Of a DNA stretch of 64,000 nt, positions 13,149 through 26,800 are shown piece after piece. Source of the stretch: Adineta vaga (taxonomy: Eukaryota > Animalia > Rotifera); NCBI GenBank assembly GCA_021613535.1, contig CP075492.1, positions 3,472,001-3,536,000 on the forward strand, given 5' to 3'. The notes beneath the pieces are model-generated. The model was not told where the DNA came from, searched no databases, and saw only the letters and a program-made list of their open reading frames with translations. The translations under genes were made by a program, and so were the position numbers. Each line of letters starts with the position of its first letter. Position 1 is the first letter of the stretch.

Positions 13149-13460
13149 AAACTGAATAAATTCAGAAATTCTTTCTGGATAATCTTCTTCTTTGTGATTT
13201 TTAATGCAGATCTCTTCTTTATCCAATGCTTCCATTGGAGTTATTGATCGAATTAGAATTTCTTTCCAAATTCTTTCTGTTCTAATTCGATTATTCCATG
13301 AATCTTTGAGATGGACAATTTTTTCGTTTATATGATTACAATGAAAAAAAGATCAAGAGATTGTTTTCTTCAGCCTTTTGATAATTGAAACAATTTGTAA
13401 TAGAAGATTTGAAAACAGTTTAAATAATTTGTTTTTACGATGGTTCAATTTGGTTTTTCT
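13149..13460 (-). pseudogene. Degenerate duplicate of the alkyl sulfatase 3' end
   Basis: Nucleotide similarity to 19171-19540 (aaactgaataaattc...tctggataatcttct...tccattggagttattgatcgaattagaat) with several deletions. Confidence 0.8.
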
Positions 13461-13656
13461 CTTCTCACATAAATGGTTCACTTCGCTTCAGTTGCCGCAA
13501 AACGATCAAAAACCTGATCAAGCAAATATTGTTATGCAACATGAGACAATCAATCGAAGGTTTCTTGATTTCACGTCCACCATCCATCTAACAAAATCAT
13601 CAATATCGTTTTCACTCGCATCAATCCTCATCTCACTGCTGTTGTGAGTTATCTTT

Positions 13657-13950
13657 TCATTGTCCATCTTCGCATTCGTCGAAATATATTTTCATTTTTC
13701 GATCATTATTCATTTTTTCAAGTGACTGAATTCGAAAGGGTATACATTACGTAAGATCGAGATCGGTACCGCGACGAATGTTTCAAATATGACATGTGGA
13801 AAATATCAAGATTCTATTATCAAAAGAATTATCACACCATTGTTCGGCAAGTGCAGCATTTGTTGATGTTGATAAAAATGCTGTTATTAATACAGTGGTC
13901 CCTTGTCTATAATTTGCTATTAGTTTTCTATTTTTAAGAATAGAGCAATT
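13657..13950 (-). pseudogene. ADP-ribosyltransferase pseudogene fragment
   Basis: Minus frame: IANYRQGTTVLITAFLSTSTNAALAEQW...CHI*NIRRGTDLDLT*CIPFRIQSLEK...YFDECEDGQ*. The FLSTS motif is present, there are two stops, and the ExE segment is absent. Confidence 0.65.
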
Positions 13951-14690
13951 TAAACTTTGATGACTAATGATGAATCATCGTGTAGACGAGCATCTTTGAA
14001 ATAGTTTTTTTTTATTTGAATTTAATCATTCTCAGTCGGTATCAATTTGATGAATAATACTGGATGATAGTTTTAGTTTTTCAAAATCTTGATGAAATCT
14101 TGTTTGTATCAGTATTTGATTCGATTGGTTAAGCAAATATTTCAAACATTTATATAACCTCATTCATATGTTTCATTCTTTTAACCATCAATCTTTAAAA
14201 CTGAGAAAACGATCGAGTACACAATATCATCTCTTTCTCTTTTCCATCTCAATTAAAAGATGATCAATCTTTGTCATTTAAATCCATTGCACTATTTGAA
14301 CAATGGTCACTGTGCTGTTATTATTCCATCAATGATCTCCATCCTATGATAGAGATATATATCTCAAACACAAATTGACATATCATATATCTGTTGAGGA
14401 TGTGGGTATCTTGGTTCCTCCCATAATCTCACCCGTTCTTAAAATAACGTTTCTTTTACGAGTTTAAGCATGTCATTTTTCTGATATATTATAATTGAAA
14501 ACTTTGTAGATTATTAATACACCGTAAAAATAAGTGATAGAAGTTCAAAGATTCTTTTCGGAACATTTGATTTTCGACATGAATCAATTTTATAATTTCA
14601 TCACTTCAGTAAACACAACATTAAACTTCTTCAATTTTTAGATAAATACAAAGATTGAGTTAACTGTCACCTATATCCAGAAGAATATTT

Positions 14691-15657
14691 TCATAGTGGT
14701 TGTACTTGAGTGCGTATAAATCGCGAAAAGAATTGATCTTTAACTGTTTGTCGAAAATGTTTGGATGAAATCAAAAATGTATAACAACTGCCCTAGAAAA
14801 ATAAATATATACACATATTTCATTCGTTGATAAGAAATTGATTAACATACAACATAATATAGATATGTTGCCATAGCTGAAATTGAGGCAGCAAAGTACT
14901 CCTTTAATTGTCGATCTGAATCTTTCGTAATAGGTCTTGTAATTAAACTGTAACTGTTGTAAATACCGTATGGAAGTAAACTAATAGTAACAAGTATAAC
15001 ATGAATCAGCGTCATTCTTATTAACTGACGATCAGCTTGAAATTCTCTAAGATTTCTTATTTGTTGAATATTATGATAAGTTAACCATCCAAATGTAATC
15101 ATTACAAAAACTGGTATTGCACAAATAATACCAATAAGATATACTAATGCATAGATAGCATAATAAGCATTCATATTTGTACAATTTTTATTACTAGGTG
15201 AAATATCATAAACTACAAGAATAGGAATTCCATGCAAACACCAGATAAGAACGACTACGAGTACAATTCGATGAGTCCATTGTATTTTACTATAACTTCG
15301 AAGAGAGGCACTTCTTGATGTTATTAAAAATTGATCTATTGTAGCCAAACATGAAAAAGTTACAGAGGATATAGAAGGAGTAACAAGAAGAAATTGTCGT
15401 ATTTTACACCATATACTTGATGTGCCAGTTACATCAATACTATAACCTACAGTGAGAATACGAATAGTAAGATTCAATAATATATAAAGAATATTATTTA
15501 TTGAACTAATAAGAAAATAGAATGTACATGGATTTGTACGATAATTTCGCTTTTTGAGAAATACTATAATATTAATTGTATTACCAATAATACCTGTAAT
15601 AAGAAGAAAACCACCAACATAAATTGTAAATTGTTGATTATCGTATAATAATGTCAT
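14691..15657 (-). CDS. Rhodopsin-like (class A) GPCR, bdelloid-type expanded family
   Basis: GIIGNTINIIVF, NPCTFYF, WCKIR, CLATIDQF, 7 hydrophobic segments. An intron at ~14793-14852 leads to a last exon GSCYTFLISSKHFR...*. Confidence 0.85.
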
Positions 15658-17170
15658 GATAATTATTTTTAAATAATAAATGTATATGTGAGTAGAGAAA
15701 AGGATTGAAGTTTTAAAATGTCACTTATCGTATTTCATGAAAACTCGACATCATAGAACGTTCTTATATGCAGGAAACATCGGCATAGAAAGAAGATAAA
15801 AACATATTGCATCAACTCAACTAAACAAAGATAAAGAGAAAAATGTCAATTAAAATAATTTTTATTTAATTTTAACTTTATTTTATTAACGAACACGGAT
15901 CAAATTAGAATTAAAAAAATTAATGATCTTTTCTCATATGATCATACTGAACGATAAGAAATCATTGTGTTTCTATATCAATTTCGAGTATAGTTATCAC
16001 GATCTTTTCAGTAATGCGTAATAAGTGACATGTATTCTCAAACACCCTTACCCCTATTTTGGATGTGCATGGATCAGGGTGTGCGTTATGTTGTGCACCC
16101 TGACTGACATACTTTTATCAACTCATTATCGCCAGACAAAGGTCCAAAGAGGCCTAGTTTTCATGAGCCTGGCCAGCCTGCCTACGCCTGTCGAAGCTTG
16201 TTAGTTTTATATAATATATGATAATCAGATAAAAGGAAGGGAGAAACATTAGTATGAAATTTAGATCATCAAATTTCGACGACAAATTCATATGAATAGA
16301 TAATAAATAGATGAACATAATACTTATTAATCTAGTGTACCATATTTAAGTGAAAAATAAGTATACGAAAAACGAATACTAATCAGAAAAAAGTTTGAAT
16401 AGATCTGGCGAAAAGAACATCGTTGATAGTATGTGAAATAAGGGAAATAGCCGTAGAAAATACCGACAACTAATTCAGCAAAATAAAATAAAGAAAAAGA
16501 AAACAATAAACATAAGCAACTATACGGTATCATTCTTACTATTAATTCGTCATAAACTCATTCAAACAACTTCAAGATAGAATGTTTTTCATCTTCTACT
16601 ACCATCCTCTCGTAAATATATATAAATAGTTAAATATATGAAGAAGGGGAGTTATGTCCTATGATGAATTCTATTCAATAATATCAACAGATTATCCAGT
16701 AGTCATAGTATAGTTGTCAGATATTTTTTGCATTATATCAATTATATGAATATAGATCCTCTTTGAATTGGAGAAAATCTGAGCATGTTGTTAGATAGAA
16801 CTTATCAACTTTTGCAACAATGCTTCAGATGATTCGCACACAAAATTACGGACACTCAGTAATAAATTGTCAGATGTCTTTTCCGCTGTCAAGATTAAAA
16901 TACCATAACACCGAGAAAACGCATGACGGTAAATTGGCAAAAATATATATTGGCGGAAAGTGTCATAATACTATTTAATCAAAAAATAAAAACAGCAACA
17001 CTTTTCTCCTTATAAAACTGATTATAAACGTGCCATAAAGTCATATTTATGTGCGTGCCGACTATAGTCAGTTTTTCTTCACAGCTAAAACATATATAAA
17101 TTGTAGGAAAATCACGAAGAATTATTTTTTTCAATAGTTCATTATTATTATTTTATTCTCTCGACATACT

Positions 17171-18801
17171 ATGAAACTGTTTCTTGCATTCGTCTTGTAT
17201 AGTGTGTTACGATTCGGGCAGGGTTTATCATGCGTAACTAACAATTCTTTTGAAATGACTTTAATCAATTTTACTGTTCAATCATTTGAAGAAAAACTGA
17301 ACAAGCAAAACACGGGTCAAAATAAAGATGTGAAATTGTGTCGCGTCGAGTTGTATCTTAACTACATTAATTCATATTTACGGGTAACATTTAGTCCAGG
17401 ACTTATGAAAAGTGAGTTACCTAATGGTGTTACTCAATTTGACACGATTATCTCGAAAGTAAATCCTCCAACGAATACACTGAGCAACTTTCTCGAATAT
17501 GCATGTTCAACTGACAACTGTGACAAGAAGTTTGCACTCGCTCATATTCAATGGCTTCTCAACGCACAATATACAACGTTGCACATCACAGTTAGGTCAA
17601 TACTGCTTGGAAATGCTGTCAACTCGAGTAAGTATCTCCTCAGATAGCGGGAAAAAAAACTAAAGTAAAATATTCTTCGACGCTCTTGAATGTGTGTATT
17701 AAATATCATCGGATAATAGAGCAATTTTTAAGTTATTCATATTCAGCATCTGCTGAAGAGTTTAATCAATATACTGTTAGAATGAAAATTTTACTGAGAT
17801 GCATATGGGGAGATATATACCACAGAAAGAATCACGAAGATAATAAATCAATATTAAAATCAATATTTGGCAATAAGAACCAAACTGCATTAAACATTTT
17901 CTAAAATTAATTAGCGTTCAGCCATGTTAGTCATAGTTTGTGCGAGCAGACGGCTTTTTAGGTAGAAAAATGCACTTTAATCCCAGAGGAATTCTAGTGA
18001 ATCTTAGTGAATATCAATACATTGTAGATTAGATTCATTAAAACGTATTGTAGTTTGATAAAATGATGAGACTTTACCATAATCAATGAATAATCGATTA
18101 GTTTCATACAAGGCTTTGGTCAGGATGGGAGAAAAATCCTGACAAATGCTAGGATTCTTATTTTCTCCTTAAGTTTATGTAAAATCTGGTTCTCAATTCT
18201 GTATTTTTATAACTAATCATATTCACTAATTAGAAAAAATATTAGATCCAGTTTCGACATTATCTCATCTGACTTAAACTCGTTGAGAATAGATGTGATG
18301 TACCTTTTATTGTAATATTTTATCATATGATATTTCTTAGGCGAAGTAAACTGCTTCATTAATGATTCCAGCAAAGTATTATGTGCCGACGAGGTCTGTG
18401 CCGTCTCTCATGATAATGATGAAACCGAATATAAACAAAGTTGTGGCAATAAAGATGTCGAGGATACTATACTTCAGATGACAACCTATGTCGATATTGC
18501 CGGTAACAAACTAAGGGAAGAAACTACATTGATATGCCAGTATAACGAATGTAATAGCAGATCTATCTTTTCAAAGATTCTTACAGCAATCAAGGAAAAA
18601 TATGATTTGAAACCAATGTTTCGTGCTTTCAATATGTCAATCGAGTCCAACGAAACAGCAACAAAAACTCATTCTTTCACTTCTTCAAAGTTAACAACAT
18701 CAACATCAAAAAACGAGACACCACCAATGCACGTTATAAGTATTACATACTTAGTATTCGGCACTTTTTATTTGCTCGTTTTTCTCATCAACTTTTCATA
18801 A
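17171..18801 (+). CDS. Secreted/GPI-anchored Cys-rich protein, copy B (tandem paralog of 11211-12848)
   Basis: Exons 17171-17627 and 18341-18801; same architecture as copy A, with a near-identical intron. Confidence 0.75.
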
Positions 18802-19149
18802 ACATCACAAATATTTTACTCACATTCTCTGCAACTGAACTCCATGCTTATACTCTTGACTTTTTTTGCTGCATCACTATTTATCTATCAATTATTCAAT
18901 TTTTATTTTGCAACAATAAACAAGCTTTGACTATTCTCCTTTCAAGATCACATAGTTTGCATCGTACATAAGCGCATAATGAATACATTTTTGAGAAACC
19001 TTGTTATAACTATTCATTTCAACTATGCCGACATCCTCAAGATTTATCTATAGAAGCATTTTTTATGCTAATCGATTGAAACGAAAAAAAACTTCCATAA
19101 AAGAATTTAAAGTACATGTCTATAGTATTTTTTTTCGACGGATGATTGT

Positions 19150-20951
19150 TTATGGAGCAAAGAGAAGTAAAAACTGAATAAATTCAAGGATTCCTTCTGG
19201 ATAATCTTCTCCTCGATGATTTTTAATACAAATCTGTTCTTCATCCAATGCATCCATTGGAGTTATTGATCGAATTAGAATCTCTTTCCAAACTTTTTCT
19301 GTTGTAATTTCAATGATTAGATTTGGATTGATTCGGTCATTCCAATGATCGTTGAGATCGACAATAAAGTTTCGAATTTCAATTGAATATTTTTCATTTG
19401 TATCGATAAAATGAAAAAAGATCAAATGATTCTTTCCTTCTGCTTTTTGATAATTAAAATTAACTGATAAAAATTTGAAACAATTTGAAATAGAAGATTT
19501 GAAAACAGTTTGAATAATTTGGTTTTGTGATGGTTTGATTTCTATTAATCCTTTTACTTCTAATGCTTTCGTTAAATACCAATTTCTTCCATTTGCTGAA
19601 ATTTGAAATGACGCTAATTTTTCTAAAACTAAACAATGAAATTCATTCAATTCAGAAAGATTCAAATCTTCAGGAGATAAAGTTAATGCTTCAATTAATT
19701 CTAAAGCCCATTGATATTTTTCTTCTCGAAATGCTGATTGAGCTTTCTCAAAAACTTGTTCTGCACCACCACCGAATTGAATCAAATTTTCAGCATGTAT
19801 TTTCGGTGAATCAACATTTAAATCTGATGTTTTCCCACTAAACCAACCTAAATATCGATCAAATATTGCACGAATACTCCTATACAAACATATATTCATC
19901 ATTATTTCAAATCAATCAATTATAAATCTTACCAATTAACAGTTCCATAAAATTCTTGTAAATAAGGATGTTGTTTTAGATTCGTTGGTAATTGAATCAA
20001 TTGATTTCCGATAATTTCATCAGGTGTTAAACCTTTATTCATAAATCGAATTGTTTGATCATGAACAAATTGAATTGCATCCCGATAAAGCGTTAAAACT
20101 TGATAAATTTCATTTTTTCCTACAAGAGGTTTCGTATGTGATGGAATTAAATATTCCGCATGAAACTGTCTCATTAAATCCAACGAAGATATCCATTGTA
20201 AAGGATCTCGTGTTGTTGTTCCACGTATCGCATAAATATTTGGAAAGGATTTATAAATATTATCGGCAGCGAATAGAACTTTTCTTTGGGCATATAGATA
20301 ACAATTTGATCATCTGTTTCACCTGGCGCATGATATAAAATCAATTCTCGTCCTGATAGATTTAATTCTAAAGACTTTTCATTGAATGTATTCGTTGGTG
20401 GAAGATAAGCACGATGATTATTTTGATTATAATTCAAAAAAGATCCAATACCACAATTGACATGACCGGTTTGTTTTGTTAAATAGGTTCCGAATTGTCT
20501 TGCAGCACGTTGAAATGTAATTGGTTGAACTAAATTCATTGTTTTATCGAGAATTTCTAATGTTTTCGAATGAGCATAGATTCGAGTATTTGTATTCGCA
20601 AACACTTCGGCACCAAAAACATGATCTGCATGATTATGTGTATAAATTATTGCTAAAATTGGCTTTGAAGAAATTTTATCAAATTCTTTCTTTACTTCTT
20701 CAGCGCTTTCACGTGATTCTAATGTATCGATGATAATATTTCCATCATTACCTTCGATTAATATAGAATTTGCTAAACCATATCCAATGGCACAATGAAT
20801 GCCAGGTAGAACAGTTAGAACTTAATCGAATACCTATTTTGTATATTTATAGAAACAAAATCAAATTACCTTGCTTTATAAATTCGTCACTATGTTCGAC
20901 TAAAGTTTCAGGTGCTGTGATTATATTGGAACGATTATCATCGGCAGGCAT
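19150..20951 (-). CDS. Alkyl/aryl sulfatase (SdsA1/BDS1-like): MBL fold + dimerisation + SCP2-like C-domain; one frameshift
   Basis: AIGYGLANSILIEG, YTHNHADH (HxHxDH, ~20621-20638), HAPGETDDQ, (AADNIY..FPNIYAIRGT), PSHT, YGTVNWSIRAIFDRYLGWF, ANGRNWYLT. Two introns. A -1 frameshift in a T4 run at ~20280 could be an assembly error. Confidence 0.85.
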
Positions 20952-21455
20952 ATTGCTTCAGAGTGAAAGAAAAAACGACGTTGAAATCTGAATAAAATTC
21001 TTTGGTTTCACAAGATATGAAGATAGTTTTTTTTTTCTGTTCTATATTTAAATTGAAGAATAAGGGCTTGTAAATAACCTTATCTTTATCATTATTCTTC
21101 AAACTTTTTCAACATCTAGATGAAAATGAAACAAAAGATCTGATAGCAATTGTAAAACAACTAAAATATGCTACTTGATTATATTTCACTATTTACAAGT
21201 TAGTAATTATAGTATGAATGATTGCATCACACTTGGTATTCACCATTTTAGCACGTGTCATACGCAATGCGATAGATAATATCAATAAATTGACTTTCTT
21301 AAAGATGACTTTAAGTATGGGACGTGTAAGAATGGCGCGCACTATATCCACATCCTTCTTGCTTATTGTTAATCAAAATCAAATATGTATTTATTTAAAA
21401 TAAAGAATCATTATGTGTCGTAAACAAAAGTTTTAAATTTGTCTATGAATGTTGT

Positions 21456-23373
21456 TTAAGCATATCCATAGGTGTTGAGACATGATTGAAGTTTGATATC
21501 AAATCGATTTTGATAAGTTCGTTCACATGAACTTAACTTATTGGAGGCAATGGTAGTTAAAAATTCAGTAAGAAATCGATCTGAATTGGTTTGTGTACAT
21601 ATTGTATAGTTCGATATGCCTTGAGTATTCGGTCGGAAACTTGCAAAATTTGATAAACCTTGACCATAGAATTGATTTGCATCAGCTGATAGAATATATA
21701 ATGATTCAACGTTCTGTAAGTTTGTACAAAAACCATTGGTAATATTATTCTGCATTTGTACCATCAATTGAGCTGCACTATTATCCCACCTATATAACAA
21801 AGAAAGATACATAATGAAAATGATTTTAGGAGGAAACTTCACCAAAAAATATCCGCTTCAGTTTGATTTGTACATCTTGCTAATGATGATATTAATCCAT
21901 ACATGAATGGTGATAAATTTAGATTTAATGCTTGTAACTTCGAGTTCAATTGAGTGAGATTGGCAATTAATTGTTTTTGTACAAGTGATGGCATGGCAAC
22001 TAAATTTTTTATTCCACTACCATCAACACGTTGTACCGCAAGGACATCTGAGATTGAAAAGGAAATCAATTCATGTTTCATTGTAATTTCTTACCTAAGA
22101 AGACATTTGAACTACTACCCGATGTTTTATATGAATAAGGATAGATTCCTAAGCTTGGATTTGGTACAAGTGATGGATAATCAGCGAGTGATTTGAATTG
22201 ACCACCTTGACAATAATTTACATATTCATTAGACACATATTTTCAGCTGTATACTCACCGGAGAGATATAATGTTCCTATTTTTGATACAATTGATCTAT
22301 CACGACTGATAGCTTCCGCAATATTTGTCATTGGTCCAAGACATAAAATATCGACAGGTCGTTGGGAATATTTTAATGTATATATAATCAATTCGATTGC
22401 ATCGAATGGGGATGGTTGTAAGAAAATATTGGTTGATTGATTAAGACAAGAAGTTGATGTCATAAAGGTATCAATACCTTTAAGAATTGAACTTGAAATA
22501 ACCCACCCAGTGGCTGACAACGAAAGACTAAAGAATCAACAAATTATTCTATTAAGACCTGACAAAAGAATATGAACCTTGCGCCAGTGGCAACAGGAAC
22601 ACCATCAGTACAATTAACTAACCCCAGAAGACTGAGAATATTGGATGTCGAATAAAATGGTGTGCTAATAGAATACGAAATGATTTTAATAGAAATAGGA
22701 GTTTTTTTGTTTATTTACCTGTATCCATCTCCACTGCTTGTTATAGCGAGTACATCAACTGTTGGAACCTAGAATTACTCAACAATCAATAAGGAGGAAA
22801 AATATATCAGATGAAAATTCATCACATTGAGAAGATATAGAATCGCCCATAGATCATCAACATCGGTATCCGTATCAACCAATACTGGTTGTCTTGTAAT
22901 ATCCTGAGCAATGCATTTTTGAACTAATTTCATACGACTTGATGTCTGATCAGTTGCAATCGTTGTTGTAGGAGCTGTTTGAAATAAAAAAAGGACAACT
23001 GATATATGTCAGTACTTTTAAACTTACTTTCTGTCGCTTTTGCTGCAAGTGTAACACCAACTGGCACTGCGATGACAATGACAAGTAATACACCAATTGT
23101 CAAACCAATAGCAAGTCCAATCAAACATGGTTTCGTACAGATTCTTCGTTTGTTTCTAAAAATATAACAATAAATTCGTATAAGATTTTCTATAAATTAA
23201 AATGTTTACCCATTAGACGTCTGATGTATGTCAACAGCCCTTGATGCTTGTTGTCTACTCTCTAAATCGTACGATCTTGCTTGCTCATGCTCAATCGGTG
23301 GTGGATCGTTCAGATCATGAAAATTCGTTTCAATACGCGTCTCATAAGCAGTTGCTCTGTGTGATGTTGCCAT
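21456..23373 (-). CDS. Inosine/uridine-preferring nucleoside hydrolase family protein with N-terminal TM anchor
   Basis: PVLVDTDTDVDDLWAILYLL (~22830-22890), PVDILCLGPMTNIAEAI, FWWDNSAA; TM IGLAIGLTIGVLLVIVIAVPVGV; ~9 exons. Start codon uncertain. Confidence 0.8.
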
Positions 23374-23848
23374 TGTCAAACTTAAAATGATGAATGCAGT
23401 TTTATTTATATTGTTCGAATGTGCAAAGCTTACCTTTTTCATTTTCGATTATTAACATTTCGATAAAAAATAATAATTTCGCCTACCGAACACTCAAAAA
23501 GTAGCTAAATATGTTTGACCGCTTTTGGTCGAAGTGTCACTTATTCGGTTCTGTTTTTTTCTCTTCCTTTTCGTTGCTGTCTGAAAGAAAAACAAGTCAT
23601 CTTGACATATGTATTTAAAAAAAAGTACTCACATCAAATATATTGGACAAATTTTCAAAAAAAAAAATTGTTTATTCTTTTTTTTAGCGGATGTGCTGGT
23701 GAAATGAGTATTCCAAGAGAAAAATATGATTTATTTCATAAATAGGTAGGAGGTTTAATCTGTTTTAGAAATGATGTCGATAATCAATGGTCGATTAAGA
23801 GTGTCCTCATAGTATAACTGTCTAAAAGTTTATTTAAAAGAAAGAAGT

Positions 23849-26800
23849 TTAGTAAAAAAATGATGCTGATGAATCTTGCGTACTGGTGATATTTAACAAA
23901 GTCAGAGGCAGGTCAAATAAAACAAATCTATCATCAATTACAACATTGATTGTACCTGTTAAAGACAAAGGAATCTTGCCAGCTAAGAGAGGAGTTAGAA
24001 GAGACACCATTGTTGTTAATTTTGCTGTAATTTTAACATCAATGTAATCTGTTAAAACTTCGGCAAAAGGACCAATATCGATACGCTGATTATCAGTAAC
24101 AGTGCCAACTTGTTTATCTTCGTTTAATTCAGCACCATAATCTGCTCTGACGTTAATTCGTGTCACAGCTAATGTTGAACTAAATGGGTTTTTCAATACA
24201 AGACGTGTCGAAAGTGTTTTGACAATACCAAGTGGAATACCAGTTATTTGTAAAGCGCTTAGTTTTTTCAAAAGAACTTCTCGAACAAGTGTTCTGTCAC
24301 CATAAAGACCAGGAGCTGTTGCCTGAATCTGTAAGCCAGCAATAGCTGTGGATAATAGAGGAACATTTGTTCCTACTGAATTATTTGGTAACATTCCATG
24401 TAATTCTACATCATTATCTATTCCACATATCATACGAGAAATAAATTGTCGGGCTACAGCTGTATTATTAGGTGTTATAGTAAATATTCCTGTTGCATTT
24501 AATATCGTACTATTCCCTTTAGGATCAAGATAAAATGGATCGATAATAACTAAACCAAGAGAAGTTCCACTAGTTTTATCACGTAAGTCAAGCGAAAGAC
24601 GACCACCCTCAAGAATATTAACAACCGATGGATTAGTCATTTTTGTTGTTATATGAAGTGCTAGTTCATTGGACGAGATTGCTCCTGTTAGATCAATTTC
24701 ATCAATATGTAAAAGTCCATTCGCAAATCGATCATAACCCGTTAAATTAAGAGTATCACTTACTGGAATATCCGTTAAAGTAATATTACCAATTCGAACT
24801 TCTGCTAATGCTGTAGCTAAACCATGAATTGATACTGATACACTTTTTTTCAAAACAAGCTCAGCAGTGAATGCTTGAAATGATGTTCTATCTAATACAA
24901 TAAGTTCTTGTTTAAAAAAATTCATTGAAAGTTCATTGGTCGTTTGATTGTGTTGAACAGGCAAATCATGAAGTATCATTTGACCCATATTAGGTCCATT
25001 ATTAAAACGCATCATATAATCAATACTTGTTGTTAAAGCTTTGAATGTCATATTAACATTTGATGGCAATTCAAATAAAACAGATAATTCACCTGTCACA
25101 TAAACTCTACTAACATTTGTTCGATCAAATTCAATACCAAAATTTAGAATTTCAACGCGACGAATTAATTGTGTTCGTATTCCCTCAACATCTGCTTTCA
25201 TAGAAAGACCACTAATTGTTAAATCCATACCAGTAGGATTTTCAGTGGTAGATAAATCATGAAACAAGGTTACTGATTGTATTTGATTATTGAGATATGA
25301 AGAAAAAAATTTACCAACAACAGATAAATCACTTTCTTGTCTTGGAACAAGTAGACTAAAAAGAAGAATAATCATCATCAAATAAAAATATTCATTGATA
25401 AATAAACAAACCCGTAAAGCATCATATTATTACTGCCTGGTGTTAAAGCTAGAATATCAATTGGTACATGACCAATAACTGTTCTAGTATCAGTATCAGC
25501 CATTAAAAGTTCAAAATTTTCTAGTCGAACATCAGTCACACCAGAATTTCCAATTGTTACATTGATAGAAATTTGAAGAGCATTATCTTTTTCTCCATCG
25601 ACTGTAATGGCATGCAGACGTACATCACTAAGACCTTCCAGACCAACTAATGAAACATCATTTGAAATAACAATACCATTGGTATTCAAAGCACCAAGAG
25701 CAAATGAACCAGTAATAGATGCTACGCCAACAACACGAAAATGGATTTGATTAGTTTTATTGGCACTAATAAAATTTTGAGCAAACTTCTCATAAGTTTT
25801 TCCTGTACCACTGATTAATAAATATTTATTATTGAATACTGATTCAAATGTAATATCATCGATTTGTTTCACTGTTGCTTCAGAAACATTTAACATACCA
25901 ACAGGATTATTATCATAATAAAGAAAAACGCCCATGTCCATTGTTTGAATTTGAAGTGGAGATTGTTGGCCAAGAGGTGAATTGATTTTAAAAGTAATTG
26001 ATGCTGATAATTTGACTTTCTTTTCAGTTGTTGATGGAACAAGTGACATCGAATTGAATATCAATGAAGGAATTAATTGCTCATTAAAAGGTGGCATTGG
26101 AACAACCAATGAAAGACCTTTCATACCATTGGCAAGTAAAGAATACGAAGTAGCATTTAGTCCAGCTACTGCACTGACTCGACTCGTTTTTCCTGTGAGA
26201 AAATTTTCGATGACATCAGAAAGAGCTTTATATGCTTCCGGAGATTTTGATTGTAATTCACCAGAAAACGGTATCGCATTTGAACCGAAATGTAAAGTTA
26301 CATTACTATTAATTGAATTAACATAACCAATCGTTTGATCATTATAACGTAAAGAAAATTGTAATGTACCTATACAGAAAAGAAATGAGGTGAGAGAAAG
26401 AAGTTTTCGAAAGATTTTCTTTACCAAGATCAATGTTGAATATGGATGGATTATCAATTTCAATAATAATATTTACAAAAATACGTTTTGCAGTCGATCG
26501 ACGAAGATCAACTGTTTTAATACTTACATTTTGAAGACCATGTAAAGCATTGAGTGTTACTTTTTTATTAAATGGTATATTCGAATAAGTAGGCATTACG
26601 GTCGATATCGGTTGAATCGAAACTTTTGCTGTTAAATACCATATCACACTTGATTCAAATATAAGCGAACGAGTGAAATTATTGAAAGCTTCCAGATTAG
26701 ATATAACAAATGGCGAATCAATTGAGACTATACTCGGTTGATCACCATTACCAGTAATCTTAATCGATTGTCCATGTTTTACAACGCCAAAGTTATCAAC

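Larger units (their letters stand above)
10840..19540 (+). repeat. Direct segmental duplication: ~10840-13460 vs ~16755-19540
   Basis: The shared upstream sequence (cctcttt..a.ttg.aga.aatctgagc.tgtt), the gene, the intron, the 3' flank and the sulfatase 3' end are colinear in both units. Confidence 0.85.
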
